From Eledone cirrhosa (lineage: Eukaryota): a DNA stretch of 64,000 nucleotides. The notes under the pieces were generated by a model. The model made no database searches. It was not told the DNA's origin and was given only the letters and a program-made list of their open reading frames with translations. The translations under genes were made by a program, and so were the position numbers. Positions 37,491 to 50,569 of the stretch are shown piece by piece. The stretch is from contig OZ024740.1 of the NCBI GenBank assembly GCA_964016885.1, forward strand, positions 393,080,001-393,144,000. Reading direction: 5' to 3'. The stretch's first letter is position 1; the number at the start of each line of letters is the position of its first letter.

Positions 37491-39409
37491 AATAATAAAA
37501 TGTAAACAGAACTTTATCACATACTTCTATTATTATATTTTAAGAAGTCTCTAATTCCTAATAATCAAACCTAAGGATTATTAAGACACAAATACTGATT
37601 TCTTTTGACAATAGATTTTAAAGAAATATAGATCTAAATCAATTCTGCCAATTTTCTTTGCTATAGATGGGTATAAGACATAGTTTGGACTCAGAAAGAA
37701 GGAAGATGAAACTAAATACTGTAAGTTATTTTGTCCATTGTATCAGCAATCTATACTGTTATAAAAGTGTCAAATATTAGAAATAAAAAATATATATATA
37801 AGGAGTAGAGAAAATAAGGCAGGGCACATTTTGAAAATTCTCTCACATTTATGAATTTATCTGATTATAATCTTTCTCAAATTAATTGTATTCAAATAAT
37901 AATTTAAAACTTAAACCTTTAAAAAATCAATTTCTTAGAACACAGCTAAACCTATTTATGTCTACAAAGAATTACAGCTGATGAAATCATCAAGTACTGG
38001 GCTAACAACCAAGAGGCCAAACAGTACGTACGGCACTCAGCTGTATCCCTATAGAAAGATAAGAATACCCTGGTTCACATGGATTATGAAGTAGGTACCA
38101 TGTTGAGTACAATATCACAGCCTGGTACAGCAAAAGCACTGCATAACTGATAATCATTTTTATTGGCTTACGGATAAGCCTGATTTTTTTTTTTAATGTG
38201 TAAAACCAGTGAAAGATGTTTTAAAGAAGAGAACTGCTTCTCAAATGCTCAGTGCATGATGAACAGGAATAAGCGACAACTCCTAGTAATATTGGTAGGA
38301 AAAAAAAAGTGTTTATAACCATATGGACCAAGGCTTCAGTAATCTTTTCAAAATGTTGGAGCCAAACTTTTCTAGACATGGTATGAACACAGGCAACAGC
38401 TAGAAAATAATTTGAAGATTACTATTGCATTTATCTATCTACAGCTACCCATCAAGCACAGTTTCTGAGCTTGATCTACAAGTTGGTACCTTTCTTCTTA
38501 GTATATCCTTGAAACCAATTGAATAGCAGATTTAAACATGAAATAAAGAACATACATTGGGATTTATCTCATTGTATACAAAGAAAAAGGAAGGGAAAGG
38601 TTTAAATAATAGGTTGATTAGCCTCACAAATCAATAATAGCATTTTTATCGTCATCATAAAATATATAAGAAAATGAATTATTTGGTCCCTGAGAAACAA
38701 TTTTTTTATCAAAACAATTTTTTTATCAAATCAATTATTTATGCATGTATGTATGTATGTGTATATGTAGCTGATGACACCATCATTACCGTTTAATGTT
38801 AATTTTCCATGCTTGCATGGATTAGATGGCTGTCACATGCTGAAGCCTGATCAGTCAAGTGAGTAGGTCCTGCTAGTACATTTTGTTTTGACTTAGTTTC
38901 TATGGCTGGATTCTCTTCTTAATGCCAACCACTTTACAGCGTCTACTGGGAGCATGTTATTATAACTCCGGCCTTACCAACTTAGAGGTTGAACTGGGTG
39001 CTTTTCATCATGGCGCTAGCACCACCACCTTACAGGGTGGACTGGGTACTTTTGTTGTGGCACAAGCATTACCTTATTACAGCATTAAGGTAGTTAGTGT
39101 CCTTGATCTTGCAGGAGGTGCAGACATTGCACTGCTGGGATAATGTCTGACATATTGTGGGGTGTGGATAGCTTCCTTGATGGCCTAAAAGGGGGCATTT
39201 ATATGCTGCATATGATGGGCTGGTGTTGGAGCAGTTAGGTGGGTGGTGTCTGTTATTTTGGAGTGTGCCTATCTTTCTAGGTTGGGAAAGTGCCAGGGGC
39301 ACAAAGGGTTCAGCACAGAAGGCTCATCCTAGCTTTCCATGCTAGCATGAGAGTGAACAAAGAAGTCAGGAGAATATGAGCAAGTGAGGACCTGAGAGTT
39401 GCATATGTA

Positions 39410-39467
<58 letters not shown>

Positions 39468-39783
39468 TAAATATGTATATATATATATACACACACACAT
39501 ATATATATATACACACACGCACATATATACACACCCACACACATACACATATATATAGGTGTGTGGCTGAGTGGTTAGAGAATTGGATTTGCAATCGTGA
39601 AGTTGTGAGTTTGATTCCTGGACCAGGCGATGCGTTATTTCCTTGAGCAAGACACTTTATTTCACGTCACCCCTTCTACCTGGAGTTGCGACCGATAGAT
39701 AGTATTGGAAAGACCAATGGAAATATTGTTTCCTTAGTCTAATTTGATGAAAGTCGATCATTCCTTTATACATATATATATAT

Positions 39784-39817
<34 letters not shown>

Positions 39818-40027
39818 TTCGTTTCTGAATTTGTTTAGCAAGATTCTTTATCTGAAAACGTGTGTTGAAACCGATATTGTTATACTTTGGGAGGGTCATG
39901 TTGCCAATAAGAAACACACGCACCAGTTGCTTTCACTTCAATTTATTATAATAAATTTATAAATTTAGGAATTTATAAATTTCTGGTTGGTTGGTTGGTT
40001 CCACAACCAGATAGTTGTTTATATATT

Positions 40028-40070
40028 GTCAAAGTTCTTTCGTCACACATTCTGTGACCTCTTCAGTGAC
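40028..40070 (-). ncRNA. Minimal type I hammerhead ribozyme motif
   Basis: GTCA-CTGAAGA-g-GTCAC-agaatgt-GTGAC-GAAA-gaac-TT-TGAC; stem I GTCA/TGAC and stem II both paired. Confidence 0.68.
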
Positions 40071-40603
40071 TGGGGATTATTTTCTTTGTTTTTGTGCCTC
40101 TCCTTTGTTCTGTCCTTCGCCATTTTGTTTCTGTGTGTGTTGTGTGCTCAGTCTGCGCATGCGCCACATCTGGGTGTCTGTGTGTGTTTATATTCGTTTA
40201 TTTATTTGTTTATTTACATGTTACCGGTTGGTTGTTTGTTCTATGTGCGTGTGTGTTTTCATTTTGTCCTTAATTGTAAGTTGTGATGTTGCTGTTCCAC
40301 TCTTATTTTCTATTTAATTTTGGTTGTAATTCTTTTATGTTTATTGCCTCTGTGATTTGTCTAAACATTGCGTCTTTTCTGTGTGTAGATTCTATTTTTA
40401 TTTCTATGTTCTCTTATGTTCTATTTTAGCATGTTGGTAGAGTACAGATGATTCTTTACTATCTTGAAGGTCTCGCCAGTGTTCATTTTGTGTTCATTTA
40501 TCTGTTGGCGCATGCGCAGACTGAGCACACAACACACACACAGAAACAAAATGGCGTAGGACAGAACAAAGGAGAGGCACAAAAACAAAGAAAAGAATCC
40601 CCA

Positions 40604-40646
40604 GTCACTGAAGAAGTCACAGAATGTGTGACGAAAGAACTTTGAC
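40604..40646 (+). ncRNA. Minimal type I hammerhead ribozyme motif (mirror copy)
   Basis: GTCA-CTGAAGA-a-GTCAC-agaatgt-GTGAC-GAAA-gaac-TT-TGAC. Confidence 0.68.
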
Positions 40647-40776
40647 AATATATAAACAACTATCTGGTTGTGGAACCAACCAACCAACCAGAAATTTATA
40701 AATTTATTATAATAAATTGAAGTGAAAGTAACTGGTGCGTGTGTTTCTTATTGGCAACATGACCCTCCCAAAGTAT

Positions 40777-40818
<42 letters not shown>

Positions 40819-40865
40819 TCATCATTTCATTTTATGTCTGCTTTTTCCCTGCTTGCAAGGGTGTG

Positions 40866-40915
<50 letters not shown>

Positions 40916-41540
40916 CACACATACACACACATATATAATTCAAAATATGAGCGCACACAATAAGGACAGAAAAAGCCTGTATACATACATACAGGAACAC
41001 AGCACACATGCATTTATATTAATCAAAAGCAGACCTTTCATATGAAGGCTGTACACATATTTATGAATCTCATTGATAGGAGTTCAATTTGGGCTTAAAG
41101 TTCCTGTTGAAATCAACCAATTCTATCCTTAGATCAACAAAATATGTCGCTCTAAGAATCAAATAAGAACAAAACAAAAGTCATATTGTTGTATTCTTTT
41201 ACAGAAAAATACCATTTAAAATATAGAATAAACATCCTTTGGAGATACCTTTACTCTCTCTTTTGATGAATATAAATACCTTGAAAAACAGGAGAAAGTA
41301 CAATAGGCTGAAATTATTTGATTACTATGTATTAATAACACATAACAAAGACTTTCCTAGTGATGTTACTGTTGGGGTTTTTTGACCATGTAATCTCTAC
41401 CAAATCATACATAATGTTGTACATAAATGAGCAAACATATAAAGGCACACAAACATAAATACATACAAATATATTCATATACATATATGCATTTACACAA
41501 ACATATATTTGTATATGTATATGTATAATTGCAATATATG

Positions 41541-41572
<32 letters not shown>

Positions 41573-41581
41573 TAAATATAT

Positions 41582-42077
<496 letters not shown>

Positions 42078-42926
42078 AAGAAAGAAAAAGAGAGAGAAAT
42101 GCACACTCACACATATACATAAAGAGTAGCTGTTGAACCCCTCCTGCCCCCTGATCACCCATAACGATCTTTCATCGTCCTTTCCTCTTTTAAAATTAAA
42201 GATACAGTGAGCCCTGTCATGGGCTCTAATCATGACAAAAAACAGGATAGCAAAACCAAAATCTCAATCTCCTAGACACCACCAGCATTTCAACAGAGAA
42301 TACAATTATGCAGGTAACATACATGCACATTCACACACACATACATTCATATATATATATTTAAGAAACAAGAGAATGGAAGGAGGCCACTCAGAAGTGT
42401 GAATGTCTATGAATAGAAGTTGTGGCATACATAGGTTTTCCAAGGGCATTAGAAACATAAATGATGCAAAAGATTTTACACCACAGCAGTAATTGAAACC
42501 AGTTTCATTTTGGTAATGTTTGGGAGATTATCTTGGAATACAATTTTTCTCTCACCATAGAAACAAACATATTCACATGCACCAATGCACATACAAACAC
42601 ACATGTTCATCTGTTGGTTCTACAGAACACAAGAAATGAACTTAATACTATTTTAAGTATAATAGGTTATTTAGGCTAATCCAGTAGCCTGTTATTCTGG
42701 ATCAGTCAAAATAAACTATACACACACACGCATACTTGTAAATCCGGAAATTTTTCTGACATTTGTTAGTTATAGTTAAGTAATGATTAGTTCAACTGTC
42801 AACTTAACAAATGCAGGATCATAATCATACAAGACATTAGGGAATGATTAATTTCTTTCTCACAGACAGAAATATATGTTTATATAAATTTTTGCAAATC
42901 CGGGAAATTTTTCTCAACACCACCTG

Positions 42927-43059
42927 TTAATGATTAGTTAAATGATCAGGCTTTATTAAATTAGTAAAGGTAGGATCATAATTAGGCCAGAAGTTGGGCA
43001 ATAATTCTGAAGACTTAGTTTGAAACACATTTAAAAGATGTCTGTTGATTTCTCCAAGT
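42927..43059 (-). CDS. TMEM135: Transmembrane protein 135, terminal coding exon
   Basis: ttttgtttcAG acceptor, phase 2 matches the previous exon; LGEINRHLLNVFQTKSSELLPNFWPNYDPTFTNLIKPDHLTNH*, compare human MNRKVLDVFGT...FIPRLDPRYT. Confidence 0.85.
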
Positions 43060-43810
43060 CTGAAACAAAAAGAAGAAAAAATACAATAAAGAAAATAACA
43101 TTTTAAGGAGAGAGACCAAGGTATTTATTTAACTTTTTGGAAAATATTTAGGAAGACTCCAGCAGTCTTAGGAGAGCCCCAAATGGTTGTTAGTTAATGT
43201 GATGAAGGAGAGCATAAGATATCACCATATTTAAACCTTATCAGTTTTCTGATATTACTTTTTCTTCACAGAGACTTGTAACTGTGATACTCCACTCTCA
43301 CCATCATACTTCATTGTTGTTATCTATCATTAACTTTCTCCTCCTATGTCTCCCTGCAGCTCAACATCTCACAAACAACCAAGATGTAGCTACTACCATT
43401 CATTTGCTCTGCTACAATCACTCACATAGGCCTTAAAAGCATTGAGATGTAGAAGAAAAAAGACAGTTTTGTCATGTAGATGGCACAGCAACATGTCTAG
43501 TGGTGGCACCATGATAAAATGCACCCAGTATCCTTGATAAAGTGATTGGTGATCAAATGGAGAGAGTGAAGTGTAGACAGAGCTCTTTGATCTTGTCAAA
43601 GAAATGGCAACAACTCTATTGTTGGTAACATGATAAAATGAATCCATATACTCTGTTAAGCCACATAGACTATGCAAAAAATGATGGTTTTTCAAGCCAT
43701 CTAGGAGGGCAGAATCTTTCAATAAGAACTGAATCAGACTATAACAACCCATGCAACCCACAACAGCAGATATGGAAAGCAGATATAACATGATAAACTA
43801 CATTGCTTAC

Positions 43811-43878
43811 TTGTTGTTTGTGATTCTTTGCAAAAGTTTCCAATAGCTCGGGCGGAGATTGTGGGGTTCAAAGATGGC
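43811..43878 (-). CDS. TMEM135: Transmembrane protein 135, penultimate coding exon
   Basis: 68 nt: AIFEPHNLRPSYWKLLQRITNN(K), contains the conserved LRPSYWK; tAG and gtaagc. Confidence 0.9.
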
Positions 43879-44234
43879 CTATATGTAAATACAACAGTTA
43901 GTATTAATGCATTGAAAGCAATAATTTAAATCGCATATACTTCTTGAAATCTCAGAATTTTGTGCATATACATACACATGCATGGGTGGGTAGCTGGGTA
44001 GATAAACACACACATTTGAAATACATATGCACAAACACACAAGCCTTTTAAAACCATCTATCCTGTTAAAGTAGGGGTTAGCCTTGTGGACTCCATGACA
44101 AGTTTCATACACATCATGGGGTTGTTTTTGAGGCAATATTTTACAGCTGGATACCCTTGCTGTCACCAATCCTTTAGTCATCTCTTTTGATGCATAGGAA
44201 TATGATGTACCTATTCTAGCCCAGATACTCACAG

Positions 44235-44269
<35 letters not shown>

Positions 44270-44272
<3 letters not shown>

Positions 44273-47200
44273 TCATCATCATCATCATCATCAACGTTTA
44301 ACGTCCGTGTTCCATGCTTGCATGGGTTTGGACGGGGGTAGTCCCACTTGAGGCAAGAGTGATTGTCTTGCTCGCATAGGACTGTCTGGCAGGTTTTCTA
44401 CAGTTGGATGCCCTTCCTAACACCAACCACATTTACAGTGTGGGTCTGGGAGGTTTTTACCGTGTTGCCTACACGGCCACATTACAGCGGGGACTGTGTG
44501 TTTTTTTGTTGTGACACCTACACGATCTCATTTGTTTCGGCCTGGATGGTGTGGCACCAACATAACTTTACATAGAACGGGGTGGTGTGGATGGGGTGGG
44601 GGTGGTGGGACGGGGGGGGGGGGGGGGGGTGTATTTTGTTAGAGATGCCTACTGGCTGTAGTAGGTTTTACTATGTATTTAGGTAAGGCGGGTCTTCTCT
44701 GTTACTGAGTACCGCCAAAGGTCTCGGTCCAGTGACATTGTCTTGGAGAGGTGTAAGTGTGTGAGGTCGGAGTTTATCAGCTCGTCCCAGGTTTTTCTAG
44801 GTCTGCCTATTCCGTGGCTACCGTCTATCTTTATTGCCCTGCACTTTGTTATACAGCTATCGACTTTCATGCGCATCACGTGTCCATACCAACGTAGCCT
44901 TCTCTCGAGTAAACAACATCTGATCCCTCTTATTTCTAATTTTTTCCTTAGTTCGTTTATGCTTTGCCGTTCACGTATATTACTGTTACACATCCAGCGG
45001 AGCATGCAAGCTTCGTTCCTCTCTAGTCTGCGTATATCCTCTGCACACAATGCCCAGGTCTCACTGCCATGCAACATTGCTGTTCGTATGCAGGCATCGT
45101 ACAACCTGCCTTTCATTTTTAGGGAGAACCCTTTAGCAGCTAATAGTGGTATAAGCTCTCTGAACTTTTTCCAACCAGTTCTGACTCTAGCTACTGTACT
45201 TTCAGAGCACCCTCCCCCACTGCTGATTTTATCACCCAGGTAACGGAAGCTGTCCACTATTTCTATAGAACCCTCTGCGCAGTTGAAAGAGCTAGTATTT
45301 TGTGGGCACTTGCTGCTACTTATTGCACCAGAGCACTGGCCACATGTAAAATCTATGTTCTTAGTTAGCTTACCTGTGATCCCACTACATCTTTTATGCA
45401 CCCATACTTTGCATTTAGGACATAAAATGGAGTTTCTACCTACGCCTTTCCTACACACCGAGCACGACCATTTCCCAGAAGGGATCGCCGCCTTATTTTC
45501 TTTCCTACAAACTAGAACTTTAGTCTTAGCCAGGTTAATTTTAAGTCCTTTTGATTCTAGGCCGTGCTTCCATGTTTGGAATTTCTTCTCTAGCTCGGCC
45601 ATTGATTCCGCTATGAGTGTCAGGTCGTCTGCGTATAGGAGTTCCCATGGGCAGCCGGTCTTGAACTCCTCTGTTATAGCCTGAAGGGCAATAATAAATA
45701 GTAGGGGGCTGAGAACAGAGCCCTGATGGATGCCAACTTTTACGCTAAACTCTTCACTATATTCATTGTTAATTCTAACCTTGCTGACTGTTTCTTTATA
45801 CATGGCTTGTATAGCTCTCACAAGCCATTCGTCAACGCCTAGTTTTCTAAGAGCCCACCAGATAATGGAGCGGGGGACTCTGTCGAAGGCTTTCTCCAAG
45901 TCGACAAAAGCTAAGTAGAGGGGTTTACCTTTAGCTAGGTACTTCTCCTGTAGTTGTCGTACAATGAAAAGAGCGTCTGTGGTACTTTTGCCTGACACAA
46001 ACCCGAACTGCATTTCATCTAGGTCAATTCTCTCTCTGATTAGTTGTGCTATTACTTTTTCCGTGACCTTCATGACCTGGTCGATTAATTTAATGCCTCT
46101 ATAGTTACTCCTATCTAGGGCATCTCCTTTACTCTTATAACAGTTAACGATGATGCTGCTATGCCAGTCCTTTGGAACAACCCCATTCTGTACGACTTGG
46201 TTAACTATGCGGGTGACCATGGTGTGTCCCACCGTGCCAGATGCCTTCAGCATCTCAGCAACTATTTCCGAAGGCCCAGCCGCCTTACCCGTCTTCATAT
46301 CCTTGATTGCCTTACTTATTATACTCCCCTCGACTAACACTGCTGGTCCCTCTATTGGGTCGATATGGGGGAGACTGTCTTTCTCCCATTTATTCTCCTC
46401 ATTTAGTAGCCTTTCATAGTGACACTTCCAAGCTACCTTCTTATCAGCGTCGGTGATGGCAAGTATGCCATCATCGTTAAGTACACACTTCTCCCCGACA
46501 ATATCACGGTTTTCCTTGACGCATTGCCTAGCAATCCTGAACACCTCACGTTTTTGGTCCTCGCGTTGTAGAACATGCTTGAACTTTCTTTACTCAGCTT
46601 CCCTTCTTGCGAAGTACACTTGTCTCCTAGCTTCCCTCCTGGCCACTTGATAGTCTTCTCTACTTCCCCCATCCCGCCATACTTTCCAAGCCTACTTTTT
46701 GGCCTTAATTGACCCCTCCACCTTACTGTTCCACCACCATGTTACTCTCCTCCTGCCTACAGGCCTGCTCCAGCCACAGACTTCGTCTGTCGCCATCAGC
46801 AGGTTTGCTTTCAGAAATTCCCACTGTCCCTCTATATTGTCCAACTCTAAATGTTCTTCCTTACTGTCGAAAGCATCAAGTAATATGCTTTGAAATTTAT
46901 TTCTGGCTGTGGGGTCCTTTAGCTTCCATATTTTTCTCCTGAGGATAGTCCTCTTCTGCTGTCGAGTACGTCTCGTCCTGACTGTGAGGTCGCTAATTAT
47001 CAGTCTATGTTGGGAGGTGCATTCTTCATGGGGGAGGGATTTAGTGTTTACAACAGACACTCTGTCACGTCTTCTGGTAAGGATATAATCTACCTGGCTT
47101 GTGTGTTCCCCGGATCTATAGGTGATCAGGTGATTGTCACGTTTTTTGAAGTTAGTGTTACAGATAGTTAGGTTATTTGCATCACAGAATTCCAGGATTC

Positions 47201-47745
47201 TGGAGCCTTCCTCATTTCTAGTACCAAACCCATAGCCTCCATGGATTTCGTCGTAGCCGTCACAATGTTGTCCAACGTGACCGTTTAGGTCGCCTGCAAT
47301 AATTATATAGTCACTGTCGGTTATTTTGGAGGTAGTGAGCATCAGTGTCTCATAGAATCTGTCTTTTATAGTGCTGGGCAGTCCGGATTGGGGTGCGTAC
47401 GCGGATATTACTGTCACCGTAGTTCTATTGAGTACAAGTCTTATTTTAATTATTCTGTCGTTCACTCTATTTACGTCTATTATCTTATCTGCCCACTTTT
47501 CTGCTACCATGATTCCTACTCCACCCAGCCCATTGTCGTTTCCCACCCAGAAAAGCTTATAGCATCGTTTTCTACCCACAATGTATCTAGCAGATCCACC
47601 CCTCCACCTGGTCTCTTGAATACAACAAACATCGACCTCCTTACGTTCAAGCATTTCTACAACCTCGTTAGAGCGACCCTTTAAGGTGCCTACATTCAAG
47701 GTACCAAATCTGAAGTTTTGGATTGCGTTTGGGGGGGTTGGAACA
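44270..47745 (-). mobile_element. Near full-length RTE LINE (APE + RT) in a TMEM135 intron
   Basis: ORFs 47699-46692 (APE: NVGTL, QETRW, GDLNGHVG) and 46544-44679 (RT) are in the same frame, broken only by stops at 46692-46694 and 46590-46592; (GAT)n tail. Confidence 0.93.
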
Positions 47746-47782
47746 AAATATTAACAAAATAGATATTCTTGTGATCAATTAT

Positions 47783-47847
47783 ATTTTATTATACATATTT
47801 CAGAGGTACTGAGTTAAGTTCAACAGTACGTCCTCATCAGATAAAAT
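47783..47847 (-). ncRNA. Type I hammerhead ribozyme motif
   Basis: ATTTTAT-CTGATGA-GGACGTACTG-12nt-CAGTACCTCT-GAAA-tatgta-TA-ATAAAAT: 7-bp stem I, 9/10 paired stem II, near-palindromic stem III, AUA cleavage triplet. Confidence 0.72.
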
Positions 47848-48570
47848 AAAATGATACATGACATACCTTGACATAGCAGATGGTTAAGATTCAGTCATGG
47901 TAGTGATTAACTTATGACAAAACTCAATATTTATACCCTAATATTGAGAACATGAGATAACATAATACAAACAATAGAGAGGGTGCGTGTAATAGATTTT
48001 CAGAAATACATGGCATCAATATAACAGTTATAAAATTTTTAATTTTTCAAAAACTACTGGAGAAAGAGGAGGGAAAGGAAAGCATAGAGGAAGAAACAGG
48101 TGATGTGATAATATATTTAGTAGGTGGCTTGAGAAGACAGATGAAAGATGATTAAAGAGAGAGAGAGAGACAAAGGGGAGTAATTTATGTTCAAGTTTAT
48201 ATACACACAGATTTCTATATAATCAACATGTGTCCAGAATAATATAGTTGGCGGTTAATTTTCAAAATATTTAATTTAAGTTATTTCAGGGTAAAGAATC
48301 ATATAATTTTTGACTAAAGAAATTTTAGCTTGATAGTGGAGTTTAAAACCCTCTAAAAAATGGAAAAGGATGAGACATCAATACTCATCCTTTTCTATTT
48401 TTTAGAGGGTTTTAAACCCCACTATCAGACTAACATTTCTTTAGTCATCAATACGGCGAAAGCTTCTATTTCTAACTAAATTTCAAACTTTGCTCGCTGT
48501 TTCAAAACAAAGTTACTTATATATATATACTTTATAAATAACAATCAAAGAGTGTTTTAGAACATTTAAT

Positions 48571-48617
48571 TACTAACGATCATTTCATCCAAGCACAAAG
48601 CCGGAATCATCAGAGTA
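48571..48617 (-). ncRNA. Minimal hammerhead motif (left arm)
   Basis: TACT-CTGATGA-ttcc-12nt-ggat-GAAA-tgatcg-TT-AGTA; first stem II pair mismatched. Confidence 0.5.
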
Positions 48618-49055
48618 TAAATCAAAGGTTAAAACAGAAATAAACTTGTCAAAGAACATTTTGAGGATACACAATATGGGAAGAAAGCATAAATAATCAA
48701 TATTAACATTCATATAAGAGAAGAAAGCAAAGATAGAAGAAGCATGAGAAGAAAGCAAAGATAGAAGAAGCATATGAAAAACATGAGCATATAAATGTTA
48801 TTATGAGCAGCTAAAAGCATTAACAATCTTTAAAATATGCAACATATTTCTCTATACCTGCATGTTTTAAAGATTTTTTAATGCTTTTAGCTGCTCATGA
48901 TAACATTTATATGCTCATATTTTTCATATGCTTCTTCTATCTTTGCTTTCTTCTCTTATATGAATGTTAATATTGATTATTTATGCTTTCTTCCCATATT
49001 GTGTATCCTCAAAATGTTCTTTGACAAGTTTATTTGTATTTTAACCTTTGATTTA

Positions 49056-49102
49056 TACTCTGATGAATCCGGCTTTGTGCTTGGATGAAATGATCGTTAG
49101 TA
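49056..49102 (+). ncRNA. Minimal hammerhead motif (right arm)
   Basis: TACT-CTGATGA-ATCC-ggctttgtgctt-GGAT-GAAA-tGATCg-TT-AGTA; palindromic stem III as in PLE hammerheads. Confidence 0.62.
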
Positions 49103-49499
49103 ATTAAATGTTCTAAAACACTCTTTGATTGTTTTTTATAAAATATTTCAGCTCTGTATTATACTTGTTATTTTACATTGAGCTACTCTCATACTTGTAA
49201 TTGGATGATATTAAATATTACCCAGATTTTTTAAATATATATGTATGCATGTATATATATATATGTATATGTGTATGTATGTATGTATGTTTATCTCTTT
49301 CTCTTAATTTTGAGTATATTTTTTTTGACTGGCCACCTTCCTGGTGGCAAGGTTGTAAAAGAAAAGAAATTGTCATCCCTTGAATCGCAAGAATGTTTTG
49401 CAAATTTTGAAGGTGCCAGCTATCGCAGCCATCTGTAGACTATGAATTAGAGAGCTGCGCTTTTTGTCCGCAAATCCAAGTTCAGTCATACTTTGGTCC

Positions 49500-50318
49500 A
49501 AGTGGGTTGGTATATAACCGTGGTCCCAAACAACAATATCAGGCCGGTTGTGCTTTAATTTGGTGGCAGTTTTTATTTTCAGGTTCCACCAGTATACCTT
49601 AGTGTCATCTGTCTCAATATATTCTTCCTCGTTTGTTGTTAATTTTATTTTCCGAAGTGCGTTTCAGATGGTTCTAGCTATCCCATTATGTCTCATGGGA
49701 GGTAGTAGCGAGATGACATTCTTTCGCAGCTGGCAACAATGTGGCTTACATCCTCGATCTTTGTTTTACATAGCCTACATTTATTGTCAGCTGCTGGCCC
49801 TCCTCTTTTGTGCAGCAGATATTTGGTAGGGAGTTCGTGTTCCTGTATTGCATAGAGATATCCCTCAAGGTGTGATGTCATAAACTTGTCGGAACTCCAT
49901 GCCAGGCTTTTTGAGTGGTTTATCCCCTCTATGGTCTGTGTTTTACGTCTCAAGTATCCATGCACAACTTTTTCTGTAAATTGGTCAATTTTTTTATCTT
50001 GTTTGAACATTGAATAGGATCTTCTGATTTCTCTGGGGGAGAGATTTATATCAGGCTTTATTCCATATCTCTCCTCCAGATCAGTTGCTATTCTAATGAT
50101 ATTTTTTTTTTTCATGCTCATAAACCTGGGCAAGATGGTTGCCAACCTTTTTCCTCTGTTGAAGGTGTTGCTTCAGTGTTACTATCTGGGTCTCATATGT
50201 TAATATTGATTTTAGACCCCGGCCACCTTCCTTGTGTGAGAACTATAGCCTATCCACATCACCATTGATGTTAAAGTTCCCAGTAACACTGAGAAGGTTG
50301 CGAGTTCTAACATCCATA
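49500..50318 (-). mobile_element. R4/Dong-type RLE LINE fragment
   Basis: LEGYLYAIQE..L.TKY...CRLCKTKIEDVSHIVASC, then KHNRPDIVVWD near 49540; starts at (TACA)n. Confidence 0.8.
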
Positions 50319-50569
50319 TGTATGTATGTATGTTCTTCTGGTTTTATAATTTCACAAAGTTTTACCAATAGAGAGAGAGTCGGTTTCTAACATAGACACA
50401 AGACTCTCTCATTGGAATTTACACAACATCAACTAGGTAGATATGTATGTATATGCATGCATGCATGTGTAGATATGGATGTTATTGTATGTGTGGATGT
50501 GTATGTTTTGAGTTGTATGTGTACATGTGTATATGCTTTGTATCTGTACATGTGTATATGCAGTTATTA

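Larger units (their letters stand above)
39818..40784 (-). mobile_element. 5'-truncated Penelope-like element with inverted pseudo-LTR
   Basis: Arms 39874-40166 and 40506-40784 are inverted; spacer on - encodes a decayed GIY-YIG C-terminus (EHWRDLQDSKESSVLYQH...RQITEAINIKELQPKLNRK); hammerhead in each arm; (TA)n flanks. Confidence 0.8.
48531..49141. repeat. ~290-bp-arm fold-back with 17-nt loop and a hammerhead motif in each arm (probably Penelope-like)
   Basis: 48531-48841 is a near-perfect reverse complement of 48859-49141; the left arm has one extra ~28-bp duplication. Confidence 0.85.

Noticed and set aside
37980-38410. More GC-balanced unique stretch with acceptor-like ttttctAG on -
   Set aside because: No convincing ORF or recognisable protein motif; could be UTR or an old repeat, cannot be supported
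46590-46694. Programmed readthrough between the APE and RT ORFs
   Set aside because: Two separate stops (TAG, TAA) at positions that are sense codons in the 3148-5637 copy; ordinary decay
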